A stretch of DNA of 64,000 nt from Eledone cirrhosa (GCA_964016885.1 OZ024740.1:98766001-98830000); one strand, 5' to 3'; shown: positions 1 through 13,630, numbered from the stretch's first letter. The notes: generated by a model from the letters alone, not told the origin. Translations and numbers: made by a program.

Positions 1-1478
1 ACCATGCCAGCTTGGCGAACTTCATCAACAATAACACTTTTAATCAGGGAAGAATTGGCCATAATGACAAGATTAAATGTTGTCTTTGAAATCAGAGTCA
101 AAGAGCTACCACGACCTTTACTGCCTGCGGCATGTGCTTTCTTACTCTGTTTGATCACCTCTTCCAGATGATCTTTTAGGAGGATGTCATACTTACTGAG
201 AAGCAAAACAAGTTCTAAAAAGGTGCCGTGATCAAGAATAGGATAATTTTTTCTTTGCTCAGGCTTTTCTCTTTAGCAAATTCCCTTTCTTTTACAAGTT
301 TGCGTTTGCGATACTGAGCACCAGATGGTCGTTTACTATCTGCCATGCTAAAAAAAATAATAGTTTAGTGCAATATGATATACTAAAAAATAACATGTCC
401 TTATTCCTATCCTCATCCCTAAAAGAATTATTTATATCTGAAAAAAAGAATTATTTTTTAACAAATGATTATTAAGCTATATTAATTTAAATTATATTAT
501 TTTATATATATTAAATAAAAATTTCAATATGGTAAATTATAATACAAAAAATATAGTACATGAACTTTTAAAAGTTCATTTCACATATCAATACATTTAT
601 AGAAAATTGCCATTGTAGTGAATGAGCCATAACATCCAATATAGTATATTAGCCAGTATAGAAAATGCGTGGTTTTGGTTATTTTACTATCTTGTTTGAC
701 TCCAAATTAGAAATAGTATCAAAAGGCTTTAGGCTGCGTTAAACGTTAATTGTATTGGAACAACAATATCTAGTCAAAGTATTTTTGAACATATATTTAT
801 TGTATGAACGTATTCGCCAAGTGTGATTACAGATGTCATCAAAGAAATACATATTTGTGTGGTAAAGTTTATAAGGTGTAAGCGTAGGATACAAGATTAC
901 ATTAGTTAGTTGTTGACAGTTTGTAGACGTAGTATTTTCTGTATGAATGTTACATAGAGATTTGTTGGGTTATAGTCGAAACAAAGTCGTTCGGTGAGGA
1001 CAACAGATTATCCCGTGTTCTCGTTTGAGAACTATCTGTTGAACGAAATACGTGTTGGGAACGACTAATATGTGTGTCTTCCAGTGTTAAGACTTTCTGT
1101 TGCACTGAAGATCCGCGCCTGGTCGCGATTGGTCAGTTTGTCAGTAAGGTCAATCAGTGTGAAAATCAGCAGCAACCAATATTCCGAGAATTCGCAAGTA
1201 GTCAGTTTCTACGAATTCGAAGGAGAATTTATGTACGCTACCTTTTTCCGAGAATTCGAAAGCATCAGTTTCTACGAATTCGAGGGGGAATTTATGTACG
1301 CTACACATTAAAACAAAATAAGTTATTATTGTAATTTTTAATAAAAATAACTATTGTAAATAACTTTTTAATAATTATTATATCATAACACGTTTTTCAT
1401 TTGTAGTATTTTTTTGCGCCCTCTAAATCCTGCGCCTTAGGCAAGCGCCTAGTTCGCCTAACAATAGCGCCCGGCCCT
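1..1478 (-). mobile_element. hAT DNA transposon, 5' part (internally deleted; continues beyond window start)
   Basis: Minus strand from ATG at 346 reads MADSKRPSGAQYRKRK, then after a frameshift LDHGTFLELVLLLSKYDILLKDHL...KGRGSSLTLISKTTFN...IVDEVRQAGM (DUF4371/ZMYM-type hAT transposase). GC-rich terminus AGGGCCGGGCGCT at 1466-1478 resembles hAT TIRs. Confidence 0.75.
1185..1303. repeat. 63-bp tandem duplication inside the hAT subterminal region
   Basis: ccgagaattcg.aag...tcagtttctacgaattcga.gg.gaatttatgtacgctac occurs twice (about 1185 and 1248). Confidence 0.9.
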
Positions 1479-1479
1479 A

Positions 1480-1660
1480 CCAATGACCATGCTACACAAC
1501 ATAGTACTAACATTCTTCGGCATGCAGGCAGGCCGGCCAAACTGCAAGCTGCAGTGACAGTGACCAAATATTGTTAAAAACTTTCGCAGCAGCACTGGCC
1601 CCCTGGCACACCGCCGTTCTGGCATTTGCCCGGTTGCTCGATAGGCCAATCCGTCAGTGA
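1480..1660. mobile_element. end of a second, non-autonomous hAT-like element interrupted by the first
   Basis: ggcatttgcccggttgctcgataggccaatccgtcagtg resembles hAT subterminal/TIR sequence and is GC-rich relative to its flanks. Confidence 0.45.
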
Positions 1661-1690
1661 GCATCAGTGACATGTATATATATATATATA

Positions 1691-4270
1691 TATCATCATC
1701 ATCATCATCATCATCATCATTTTACGTCCGCTCTTCCCTGCTTGCAAGGGTGGGAAGGGTCCGATTAAGCACCGCCTCCCTATTCGTCACGGTCCTTTGT
1801 CATCTCCTCCATGAGCATCAGCGAGCCGAGGTCAGCTCTCACCACCTCCACCAATGATTTCCGTGGTTTTCATCTACTGCATCTTCCTTCTAATGGAATT
1901 TCTTGGCACTTCTTTACCCAGCAGTCATCCTCCATGCACATCACCTGTCCTTACCAACGCAGCCTTCTCTCCCACACACTACAGCCTGTCCCTCTTATAC
2001 GTCTCAACTCGTCTATTCTTGGTCGCACATTGACATCACACATCCAATGGAGCGTGCTTGCTTCATTTTTCTCCAGCCGTCACATGCAGCATTGCGCATT
2101 TCACACAGGTATCATATAACCAGACTTTCATTCGTGGGGAGAAACATTTGTTTGTCAACAGAGGAAGCAGCTCCCTAAACTTCTTCCAACCCGTCCTTAT
2201 TCTAGACACTATGGCCTCAGAGCACCCTCCCTCTCTTGATAAGTTGATCACCTAGGTACCGGAAGCTATTAACTACCTCTATAGATCCTACTTGCATTTG
2301 ACAAATGTACCTATCACTGCGATGTCTACTGTCAAATTTCCCTGAACATCTACTGCATATGTAGTTTTCCCTACCTGTTAGTTTGCCTGCTATCCCACTA
2401 CATCTCTTGTGTACCCAAGATCTGCATTGTGTACATTTTATAGAATTTATGCCAACTTCTTTTCTACATATCGAACACGGCCATATCCCTGATGGAATCG
2501 GAGTGTTGCTCTCTTTGCTACTTATTAACACTTTAGTCTTAGCTAGGTTCACTCTCAATCCCCTTGATTACAACTGCTGTTTCCATAGCCAGAATTTATT
2601 CTCTAGCACCTCTACTGATTCTGCTATAGGTATCAGATCGCCAGCATAGAGAGGTTCCCATTGGTAGCCAGTCTTAAACTCCTCTGTTCTGGCTTGGAGG
2701 ACTATAATGAACAAGAAGGGCTGAGGACCGAACCCTGATGTACTCCTTCGCGTATCTGGAATTCCTCACTAAACTCCATTCCTACTCTCACTTTACTGAC
2801 AGCACCCCTGTATATAGCTTGCACTGTCCTCTAAGCCATTCCTCAACACCTAGTTTCCTTAGGGACCACCAGATGAATTATAGTTGCTTATTCTTCTCTT
2901 AGAACCTCTCTTGTAGTTGTCTCACTAAGAAGAGGGCACTTGTACTTTTCCCATGCACAAAACAAAACTGCATCTCATCTAATTTGACACTTTCTCTAAT
3001 TAGTTGCGCTAGTATTCTTTCTGCCACTTTCATAACCTGATGCATCAGTTTTATGCCCAGTTATATTTGCACCTCTCCAGTGCATCTCCTTTACCTTTGT
3101 AGCAATTTATAAGAATACTCCTGCACCAGTCTTTGCATATGACTCTGCCATATATAGCTTGATTGATGATGCGTACAACCAGTTTAGTTCTTATTTCTTC
3201 TGATACCTTCAGCATCTCAGCAACTATCTCTGATTGTCCAGCGGCTTTACCACTTTTCATTTACTTAATTGCCTCTTTGACACTATAGTTATCAATCTCA
3301 ATAGCTGGTCCCTCTGTCGGGTCTACTAGTGGTAGTTTCTCTCTCTCCCATTTGTTCTCAACATTCATCAGTTTCTCATAATGACATTTCCATGCCTCTT
3401 TTTTCTGAACATCAGTTACACTAAATGTACCAGCATCATTTCGGACACACTTATCTCCAACAACATCCTGATTTACACTAACACACTGCCTTGCAATGCA
3501 GAACCCTTCATGTCTCTGGTCTTCTCATCGCAGAACATTGCCAGACCTTCTACTCTCAGCTTTCCTGTGTGCTAAGTATACTTGATGACTAGCCTCTCTT
3601 TTAGTGGCTCTGATTCCTACTCTACTCCCACCATTTTCCCAAGCGTTCCATGCTAGTCTTTTATCTTTAATGGCTCTATCTACCATGCTATTTCACCACC
3701 ATATCACGCTCTTTCTGGTTGGAGCTCTGCTCCAGCCACAAGTTTCTTCAGTAACCTGCAGTAAGTTGTCACGTACGGAATTGCAGTTATCATCAATATC
3801 ATACGATTCTAAATCGTCTTCTTTTTCGTCATACACATCTTGAAGGGCTTTCCTAAATTTATATTTTAGTGAAAGGTCTTTTAGCTTCCAGATTTCTTTT
3901 TCCAACCTTCATTTTCCACACCTTCCTGTGTATCTCATTTTCTCTCTTGCTTATTGAGATGACAATAACGACTAACCTATGTTGAGAGGTACATTCTTTC
4001 CCGGGTTTATGCCTTAGTATTTGACACCATCTGTCTGTCTCGTTGCCTAACAAGAAGTCAATCCGGCTTATGTGCTCGCCTGATTGATAGGTTATTAGGT
4101 GGTTGGTAGGTTTCTTGAAGTTAGTGTTGCAAATGGTTAGTTCACTTGCATCACTTCTTCGTTTCTTGAGCCATAACCATGACCACTATGTACACTAGTG
4201 TAGCCATCCTGGAGCTATCCAACATGACCATTGAAGTCCTCTGCTAGTATAACTAGGTCTATGTTCTCTG
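1691..4270 (-). mobile_element. RTE-clade LINE, decayed (APE endonuclease remnant, RT, (GAT)n tail)
   Basis: Broken ORFs: MKSGKAAGQSEIVAEMLK..DWCRSILINCYKGKGDALE, RVNLAKTKVL..IEVVNSFRYLGD, GGCSEAIVSRIRTGWKKFRELLPLL. (CAT)n at 1692-1720 is the 3' tail on the minus strand. Confidence 0.9.
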
Positions 4271-4286
4271 TCATTGTGGTTGTCTC

Positions 4287-4289
<3 letters not shown>

Positions 4290-4362
<73 letters not shown>
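4290..4362. repeat. (TA)n microsatellite
   Basis: Read directly; many similar (TA)n tracts occur across the window. Confidence 0.95.
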
Positions 4363-4366
<4 letters not shown>

Positions 4367-5256
4367 AGGATTTGGATCGATATGCACTGATTTTTAAATT
4401 TACTCATCAAATTCTTTTGGAGCATATGCAAAGGCGTAATTGTAATACAATATCCCAGCCAGTGTCTATAGCTATGAAAACAATCTAATTATTGTATTGA
4501 TGGATCAACATATGAAAAAGTACTGACATTTTCAGCAATTGAAACAACTAGTATCCTGTTAGTTTAGCACACAAAAATCTGTTGTACAACAAAAACCAAC
4601 ATCTAAGCTGGTACATCACTTTTTCAAATCCCATGGAGAATCTGCTGGTCATTAATTAATAATAAATCCATAATCAACAACTTCCAGATGAAGGGATTGT
4701 CATCAGCTAGTAGTCCTATGAAGGATTTTTGAAAATCGACCTTACTACTAAATTTTCATGTTGGTGGATGACTTTTGCAGTTTTGTAGTGACATCAGATA
4801 TATAGAGTAATGCTTATAAAGATAGAAGAAGAATTGATCATAGTACTCTACTGGTATTTTATTTATCAACCTTGAAAGGATGAAAGGCAAAGTTTACCCC
4901 AGCAATTTCTAAACACTCAGAACAGGAATGAATCCTGCAAAGCATTGTATCTGAGGGTCTAAACATTTTGCCAATTTGCTGCCATTGTAAAACCTTAGGG
5001 AATTTACAAACCCATCAATTGCAGAGGATTTGGAGTCAATTGCAGGTCAGTATTGACTCAGTTTATCTATCATCGAAGGCTCTCCAGCCATGACACTTGC
5101 AGATATTGTAAATATTTAACCATAGAAAGTTTAAATTAATTTACAAGCATTAATTGCTGATGGTCAGAATTTAATGCTGTATTTCACATCAATATAGTTA
5201 TTTAACCCTTGTCTGCAATGATTGGCGTAATATATGATCAAATAATTTCCATCCCA

Positions 5257-5449
5257 CATAATTGTTTCTACTTTTGGCACAAGGCCAGCAATTACCCAGT
5301 GCATTACTGGTACTTTATTTTATCGACCCCGTAAGGATGAAAGGCAAAGTTAACCTCGGCGGGATTTGAACTCAGAATGGCAAGGGCCGTAACTCTATAC
5401 GTCAAAGCATGGCGTCCGACCCTCTACCGATACTGCCAATCCACTGCCA
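5257..5449 (-). mobile_element. tRNA-derived SINE (octopus OK-like), full length with TSD
   Basis: Minus strand has A box TGGCAGTATCGG, B box GTTCAAATCC and core GCCTTTCATCCTTACGGGGTCGATAAA; flanked by the direct repeat ttccatcccacataatt. Confidence 0.85.
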
Positions 5450-7147
5450 TTCCATCCCACATAATTCTGTCATTTTAGATATAAACAATATGCCCTTATT
5501 TATTCATAAACTACACAGTAATGTGCATGATTTAAAGGATGATTTTGGTGTTATTTCTAAATGACCACGTAAAATAAAGCACCTTTCTTCACTTCATCTC
5601 AGCATCTCAACAAAAATTCAATTGACAATAATTCTATAATTCCTTTGCTGGCACATACCATTGAGCATTAGAAATAAATCCTTGACTAAGAATTGGGAGC
5701 CTTTATAGCAGAACTAATGTTTTTTCTTTCTGATTTTAAACTTTGATGGAGGTTAATTTTACCTTTTATCCATTGAAAGTTTATAAAACTAACTGCCAGT
5801 TAAACCTGGCGATAATTCAATAGATTATGCCATCTCTTTAAAGAAAAATTTAGCCCTGTAATTAGTCAAAAGAAATTGATTTCCCCTTCCCTCTAATATC
5901 ATAATTTTATTTTATTTCATTTAATCTCCAAGTTACACCTTTCTTTTTTATATATTTGCCAAGACAAAGAGAGAGAAAATGAAATGGTGTGGAATCCCAT
6001 TTTCTATTGATTTATGTGAAAATGTCTGAGAAATCTGGCTAGTAATACTTGCAAATCTTAGAATTATGGGCATATCTGAAGTACATCCTCAAATAATTAA
6101 TGGCGCAATATTTTTTTTGTATATGCATGATTTTTTATATATAGGCTTTTTTTTATGGGGAACTAATACAGTCTTCGTTTTAAAGAAGCCACAATTAGTG
6201 GTCCTGGTTCAATCCCATTTAATGAAACCTTTGGAAAGTATTTTCAATAATAGCTTTGGATTGAGTAATACCTTATGAGAGGAATTTAGTAGATGAAAAC
6301 TGTATGAGTGCTTGTCATTTCTATATATGTATGTAAATAGATATCTTTCAGAATATACCCAATGATGCTATTATTTGTCAATTGTGGTAAAATATACCCA
6401 CTGATGCTATTATTTGTCAATTGTGGTGAAAAAAAAAAAAAGAATAAGATATACTCTAATACCTGTTTTTTTTCATATAAAATGCCAATAAATTGTTGGT
6501 TACGACAAATACGGAGTATTTACTTGGTTATGCAAACTGCTTAAACTAGCAGCCAAATCCCCTTCTAAGTACACCCTCCTACTGGTTTACGTTTTAAAGT
6601 CCTGCATCAAATGAAACTGCATTAACAAGACATTCTTGAAAAGTATAAAACAGCACAAGAAAAGTACAAGACAGCATCACATTAAATATTAGACTTTAGT
6701 CAAATATTGCAATTTTTTTGTAATGGTTTTTCCACTAATAAAGATAACAAACCTATCTTTAGACATTTTCTGTGAAATCATTACAGGATATTGAAAGTAA
6801 ACCTTGGTGCTGCATGACTGGACGGTTAAGAAGTTTTATCTCACTATATAGCACCTTTGGCAAGTGTCATTTACATATACTTAGTTTAAGAGTGTTTGGA
6901 AACTTATTAAATGCACTGTACTGCAACATTGTCACACACTGTGCCATGCTGAGAATTATATTTAGGGTCAATGTGACTGTGGAATGCTCAGCCACTTACA
7001 CATTAATTACACTAATAGACCATTGCATTGATCACATATCTGAAAAACACATCACCAAAACTGATGTACATCAATTTACTTTAGCAAACTTTTATCTGTC
7101 TTAGAACTTTCCTTACCGTATTTCTCATGAGAGACACTGCTTAAGAT

Positions 7148-7500
7148 GATGATGATCATCATCATCACTATTTTACGTCCATTTTGCACATTAGCATGGG
7201 TTAGACGAGTTGTCCTGTTGTGGGCAATGCTAGGTCAAGTGACCATGTCTTGTTCATACAGAACTGATTTTGGCTTGGTTTCTACAGCTGGATGCCCTAT
7301 CTAATGCCAACCTTAATTAGAGTGAGTACCAGGAGGTTTTTGCTGTGAAGCCTACATAGCCACTTTACAGTGTGTACTGGGTTCTTTTTGTTGTGACACC
7401 TACACAACCAGTTTACAGTATGGGCTGGGTGCTTTTTGTTGTGACACCTACATGTGGGATGGTGGGATGGTGACATACTGTATACATGTGCTTCAGCTTT
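7148..7500 (-). mobile_element. RTE LINE 3' UTR fragment
   Basis: tttacgtcca..gcatgggttagacg..tttctacagctggatgccc is shared with the RTE 3' ends at 11330 and 59690-59850; (CAT)n tail. Confidence 0.7.
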
Positions 7501-7912
7501 GGCCTGTGCCTGATATACAAATAATGTAAGCACTTGGAAGGATTTAGTAATACCTTTCTCATTATTCAACTAGTGTTTCGAACATATCTTAATAAACGTT
7601 CTTACATGAAATCATGAGGGAAGGTGTTTTAAGATAAATTTAAAACACTTTAAAAGAAACTGTTTTGTAACAGAACCAAAAGCAGTTTCTGGTGGTTTGC
7701 TTTCAAAAGTGTATTGTAATGGCAGAAAAAACGATTAAATATCTTTGATTATAAGTTTGTTCGATTAGAGCTGACATATGGCTAAACAGAAATAACATAT
7801 TAAATGGTTTGTTGAGTTACCATATTATCACCGTAACGTCATGTTTTCCCTTTGTATGCTATCAGGTATATCAAAGAAAACAATTCATCATTGTTATACA
7901 TTACAATAAGAG

Positions 7913-8171
7913 TTTAACCCTTTTTTTAACCATATTTCTAAGGAAAGACACAAACTATGATTTTTAAGTAATTTTTTTAAAAATGAGCAATATGGAAGGA
8001 TTTAATAATATAACCTTCTCATTATTAAGCTTGTGTTTGGGACATAACTTAAATGTCCTTACAAAAAATTCTCATGGAATGCATTTAGATAAATATAATG
8101 ACTTTAAAATGAATAGTTTTTCATTGTAGATCCAATATAAGTTTCAGGTGGGTCGGTGTTAACGGGGTTAA
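7913..8171. mobile_element. piggyBac-like MITE (TTAA-CCC...GGG-TTAA)
   Basis: ttaaccctttt at the left end and aacggggttaa at the right; diverged relatives at about 7510-7720 and 24765-24990. Confidence 0.5.
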
Positions 8172-8918
8172 ATGTATATTTCTAATTAGCAATGTTTTGA
8201 TTAATTTGTGCTGATGCTTTTAATTAACTGTGTATAAAGTAGTATATCACTCAAACTATCATTAAACAAATACTCTCACACAAGATTTTGTAACTGAGCC
8301 AAAACAGATTTGTAGTCAAGGAATTTGAGATATTTAAATAGTAATTATTCAATTCAAATCATTGAGAGTTTCCAAGTCAACAAACAAATGTTGGTCTTGC
8401 ATACAATAACACCAACAAAAGCTGCAGCAGCAGCAACATCATCATTGTTCTCATGTTACGTATAGTTTTCCATGTTGGCATGTATCAGATGGGACTTTTG
8501 GGGTTGTGTTTTACTGTTGGATACACTTCCTTGTGGCAATCCTTTTAATTGTCTCTTACAATATGTAGGGATAGGATATACTAATTCTAGAAATCAGTAT
8601 AGACACAACCTAGATAGATTTGTAAATGTATACAAGTGGGTGTATAGTAGTTCAAGAATTGGGGACATTCACACAGATATTTGTAAATTTGGGGTGTCGC
8701 TTTTTATGGAATTGTTAATTCATTCTAAGAGGCTTTTGAATTTATATATTAACATCGTGTTATGATTTAGCAGGTAATATCTAGATATGTCTATGCAGGG
8801 TTGCTCACTCCTTTGCAGACATTTGCATGAATTTAGTAAAAGACATTTAAGTCATCAAAGAACAGCTTTATCTTAGAAACAATTTACATCCATAGTCATG
8901 ATACTCATCTTAATGTAT

Positions 8919-9940
8919 CTACTCAATGAATCCTCTGTTAGCATTAATGACTGTTTCAATAGGAAGTCTGAGATATCAACATGTCTGAATCCGATTATCT
9001 TTAACTCTTTTGGATATCCTGCTAGTTATGGTGGGCTTCAGAGATGTTATAGTGTTAAGAGGGCATTATTTGACTTCCCTCTTGATTATGCCCTGTACAT
9101 AGTAGTCAGAATTTAAGTCTGGAAAGCTAGGAGGTCATGTGGTTGCGGTGAAGTAATCGTAGAGATTGTAACTCATCCATTCTTTGGTTTGCTTGGCATT
9201 ATGAGATGTCACAGAGTCTTGTTGGTAGGTGTGCAGTTTTCCTTATCTTTCTATCCAAAGCCTCACAACACACTCCCAAACCTCCTTATAGTCAGCAGGG
9301 CTGACTCTTCAGCACTTAGGAAAGAAGTAAGGAGCCATGACATTTCCCTCGTTGCTTATTACTCCCAGAACTATCACGCTGAATGCCTTGTGAGCATGAG
9401 AGTTAGAATGTCATTAGGGCCTATGGATAACCATTTATCATTCCTTTAGTTGACTTTTGGGTCCCGATTAAAGTTTTTTTCCATCAGAAAAAAACGAAAC
9501 AAAGCATTCCAGGCTTTTGAAGTTTCAACTTGCTTAACAAGCACTTTGCATAAATCAGACGGTTATCTTTTGCCTTTACAGACAAGAATTGGCTTTTCTG
9601 CATCGCCTATGAATTGTATCAAAAACCATGCTCAATTCTTTTGACAGTGTGCCTTGAAACCTTGAGCTCCTTAGTAATGGCACTAATTGACATTCTGGAG
9701 TCATATCAATAATTTACTGCATCAGTCTTACAGATTTGTGTGTTTCTATGGTATTAGGACTCCAAGAAAGTCTCTTATATTTGGTTACAGTTGTAGAATT
9801 CCCATCAGTAGCTTCCAGCTCTTTGCAAACTTTGACAGTAAACAACTGTACAAATTTCAGGAAGCGAGCAATCTCTAAATCACTTTACTCTTCCTTTAAG
9901 ACAATGGTTACAACATGCTTTTTAATTTGCTGAGTTATCT
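8919..9940 (-). pseudogene. Tc1/mariner DD37D (maT-like) transposase pseudogene
   Basis: Manual translation across frameshifts gives FFSDGKNFNRDPKVN*RNDKWL, YQQDSVTSHNAKQTKEWM, *PPSFPDLNSDYYVQGII and ANRGFIE*. Second-to-third Asp spacing is 36, consistent with 37 if one codon was lost. Confidence 0.75.
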
Positions 9941-10273
9941 GAAATGAAATGATAGTCAGAATAAGTTATAAAAAAGTTAATGCTATTAAATGATGTCATC
10001 AAAGAGCTGAGCAGCCCTATAGTGTCTAAACTACTGGATACATTGTTGTTAAAATTTGGCATCATTACAGGAAACACTTTAATATTCAATGTGATGCAGT
10101 CAGTGCTGTTTTATACTCATCTAGAATGTCTTGGTAATGCATTTTCATGTTGTTAATTTTGTAGACAGAGAATTTAAAACTCTTACATATAAAGACAATT
10201 TAATTGTTGTTTAATTGGGGGATCTAGGACCCCATTATTCAATGTAGTGTGCATCCATTTTGAAAGCAATGAA

Positions 10274-10592
10274 GGCACATGGCTTAGTGGTTAGAGCATT
10301 GGCCTTGCAATCGAAAGGTTGTGAGTTCAATTCTCAGATCAGGTGATATGTTGTTTCCTTGAGCAAGACACTTTATTTCACATTGCTCCAGTTTACTCAG
10401 CTGTAGAAATGAGATGATAGGGACTGGTGTACCTATCATTCCACTGCAAAGTGGTCGTGGAGGTGCCACGGCAAAAAAGAACCCAGCACTCATTGTAAAT
10501 GAGGTTGGTGTTAGGAAGGGCATCCGGCTGTAGAAATCAAGCCAGAATCAGTTCCTGTCCCACCCTTGCAAGCAGGGAAAAGTGGACGTAAA

Positions 10593-10638
<46 letters not shown>
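10274..10638 (+). mobile_element. tRNA-derived SINE (octopus OR-like) with RTE-derived 3' tail
   Basis: A box TGGCTTAGTGG, B box GTTCAATTC, core tccttgagcaagacacttt, tail ggttggtgttaggaagggcatcc...ggacgtaaaa(tga)n matching the RTE 3' end at 59690-59850. Confidence 0.85.
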
Positions 10639-10640
<2 letters not shown>

Positions 10641-10852
10641 GTGGATGTGATTTGAGGTGGACGTGGCTGCTATTTCTGAAAGGTCAAGCATTTTCTAACT
10701 TTATTTGTATGTAATTTCAACAGGTCATAACTTCATAGCCCCTGAATTGCTGGAACATCTGAATGTATACTTAAATATTTTTTAATATAATCTCTGGAAT
10801 TACAGCCCTTGTAATATTCAATTTCGGAACAGGATTAATATATACAAATATG

Positions 10853-11055
10853 AATTGGCAGAATTGCTAGCAGAGGGCGAAAGAAAATCCTTGTAGTATT
10901 TGTTTCAATTCTTTATATTCTGAGTTCAATTCATGAAGAGTTCAACATTCTCTTTCATCTTTTCAAATTTGATAACAGGGAGTCAAGCACTTAGGTTGAT
11001 TTAAGTAACTTCCCTCTCCCTCAAAATTGCTCTACATGAATTAGAAACCGTTATT
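10853..11055 (+). mobile_element. old OK-like SINE
   Basis: tggcagaattgctagc..ttctgagttcaatt..ctttcatcttttc..gataa; a diverged version of the 5257 element. Confidence 0.6.
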
Positions 11056-11319
11056 TTATTGTTATCCTTATTATGATTTTAATTTTTTATCCTCACAATA
11101 TTTCTGGCCTGGTATCTATGTTAGAAATTATTTAATGTTTTATAGTTTTCTTTCAGATATTATGCTTGACAATCATTTGATCTAGGGTCCACCTTTATTG
11201 CATGACAACTTGATAAAGTATCTCCTACTATATACCCAAGCTGACAAATGCATTGTGACTGCATTTGGTATACAAAACTGTAAGAAAGGCTGCCATCTCT
11301 CTCTCTATATATATATATA

Positions 11320-12470
11320 TCATCATCATCATCATCATCACTGCTTAATGTCCATTTACCCATGCTAACATGGGTTAGACGAGTTATCCAATTGTGAGGC
11401 CAACCAGATCACACGACCATCTCTTACTCATACAGAACTGATTCTTGCTTGGCTTCTATGGCTGGATGCCATTTGAATGTCAACCACATTTACAGTGTAT
11501 AATGCGTGCTTTTTATCATGGCACTATAATGACCAATTTACAGTGTAAGCTGAGCATTTTTTGTCTTGGCACCTACATGACCACATTACAGTGTGGAATG
11601 GGGGCTGGGGTGGGGGAGGTCTAAGGGGATTCGAGAAGTAGATCTATGGTGGGGCATTTATATGATGAAGGGTAAGGTGTAGGGACATGGATGAAAGCTG
11701 GAGTGTTAGGATGTCGGAGGTGTATGGTAGGGGAAAGTTTTCCATACTAGATGTCTGCTTCGACCCGTGCACATGAGAAGGTGAGTCCTCTGTATTACTG
11801 CATATCACCAGAGATCTCGATCCTGTGTCATCACCTTTGAGAAGTGCATTTGTGCAACGTCAGCTTCTGTCACCTCATCCCAAGACTTCCTAGGTGTTTC
11901 CTATTCCATAGCTTCCATCGACTTTGAGTACTCTACACCTATTTATACACCTGTCATTCTTTATACTTATAACATGTCCATTGCAAAGCAGTCTCCTCTC
12001 TTGCACACTGTATCTGATCCCTCTTATACCCAGTTTCTATCTCATTTATGCTTTGCTGTTCGTATTCATGCATCATACAATCTGCACTTCATTTAGAGGG
12101 GAAATTATTTTATAGCTAGCAGTAGTAGTAGCTCCCTGAACTTTCTTCACCCCAATTTCACTCTGGCTACTGTACTTTCAGAACACCCACCTCCACTGCT
12201 AATTTGGTCACCGAGGTAAATGACGCTGTCAATTGATTCTATGGAACCTTCCAAGAATTTGATAGCACTTGTTGCCTGAGAGCATTTGTTGCTTACTTCT
12301 GTGCAACAGCCTCATATAAAACCTACATTCTTAGCTAACTTACCTGAGATCAGATTACAGAATGAGGGACCATGTCAAAAGATTTCTCTAGATCAACAAA
12401 TACCAAGTAGAGGGATTTGATTTTAGCTAAGTATTTCTCTTGTAGTTGTCTCACAAGGAAGAGGACATTC
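11320..12470 (-). mobile_element. RTE LINE 3' part, decayed and deleted
   Basis: Minus-strand FLVRQLQEKYLAKIKSLYLVFVDLEKSFDMVPHSVI (RT), plus 3' ORF and UTR homologous to 59015-59850; (CAT)n tail. Confidence 0.8.
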
Positions 12471-12485
12471 ATGGCATATATACTT

Positions 12486-12522
<37 letters not shown>

Positions 12523-13365
12523 AATATATATGTACATATGTGTGTCTGTGTGCTTGCCTCACCTCTGCCCTTCTCTTCTTTTTCTATGCTAGCATACCTT
12601 GGTTTCATTGTTTTAAACCAAATCAGCGCTTAATCAGAACTATTGTATTTTAGGAACTATATATTGCACCACATAATGTATTTCTGACATGGTTTCTACA
12701 GCTGGATGCCTTTTCTAACATTAACCACAGTTTTCAGGGTACTGGATATATTTTTTATGGTACCAGCACTAGAGAGTTTGTTGTCTCCTTAACATGACTA
12801 CAGAGACATCTCTACGCTAATTCATTTCATTTAATCCTCCTTCTATTAATACTTTTCTGTAGCATTCAATTTCTTTTTTTGAAAATCAATTTCAGTGCCT
12901 CCATCTGCTTGCCAAGCATTATACTTACCTAAGAAATAACTGATTGTTGCTACAAATAATCTCCTCCACCTTCACTTATGTTTTTCTGAGTTTACATGGG
13001 CAAGTACATCTTTGTATAAGGGATTAAGAAAATTTAGCTTCTATTCAAATATTTTTTATATCTCAAGGGATAAACAATTGTGGATCTGTATATCTGTATT
13101 CATGGGGAAATGATGGGGAAGACCAAAATATCAAAATAAAAAACGTAAAATAATATTCTCACAAATAACAACAATGACACACACTAAAAAAAAACAAAAA
13201 AAAAACACAAGAGATTTAAAAACATGATTTTATAGAATAATGCAATTATTCCCTCCAGTTAGAATGTGAAATTTATTTTGTTTGGCAAATATTCTGACAG
13301 AAATTAGCCATTTATATATGAATTTCAAATAGGCTCTCATGGAAAGTTACATACATATATAATAC

Positions 13366-13396
<31 letters not shown>

Positions 13397-13438
13397 CATG
13401 TGAGTCTGGGTGCATGTACATACACACTCACACTCACA

Positions 13439-13469
<31 letters not shown>

Positions 13470-13540
13470 TTAGAGATAAAGATTCCACCCACCAACAATT
13501 TTTCATATTATTTCAGTTTATATTCATAGTATTTTTGGTT

Positions 13541-13590
13541 ACTACTACTACTACTGCTGCTGCTACTACTACTACTACTACTACTACTAT

Positions 13591-13630
<40 letters not shown>
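13541..13630. repeat. (ACT)n microsatellite (another at about 14535-14645)
   Basis: Read directly. Confidence 0.95.

Noticed and set aside
4195-4488. ORFs rich in IYIY, CVCV, THTH, TTTT or HHHH (here and at 12-16, 26, 33, 42-47 and 61-62 kb)
   Set aside because: Translations of (TA)n, (TG)n, (CA)n, (ACT)n and (CAT)n microsatellites.
10274-10345. tRNA-like sequences (also 16225-16290 and the SINE heads)
   Set aside because: A/B boxes belong to SINE heads; no complete cloverleaf, and they continue into SINE cores.
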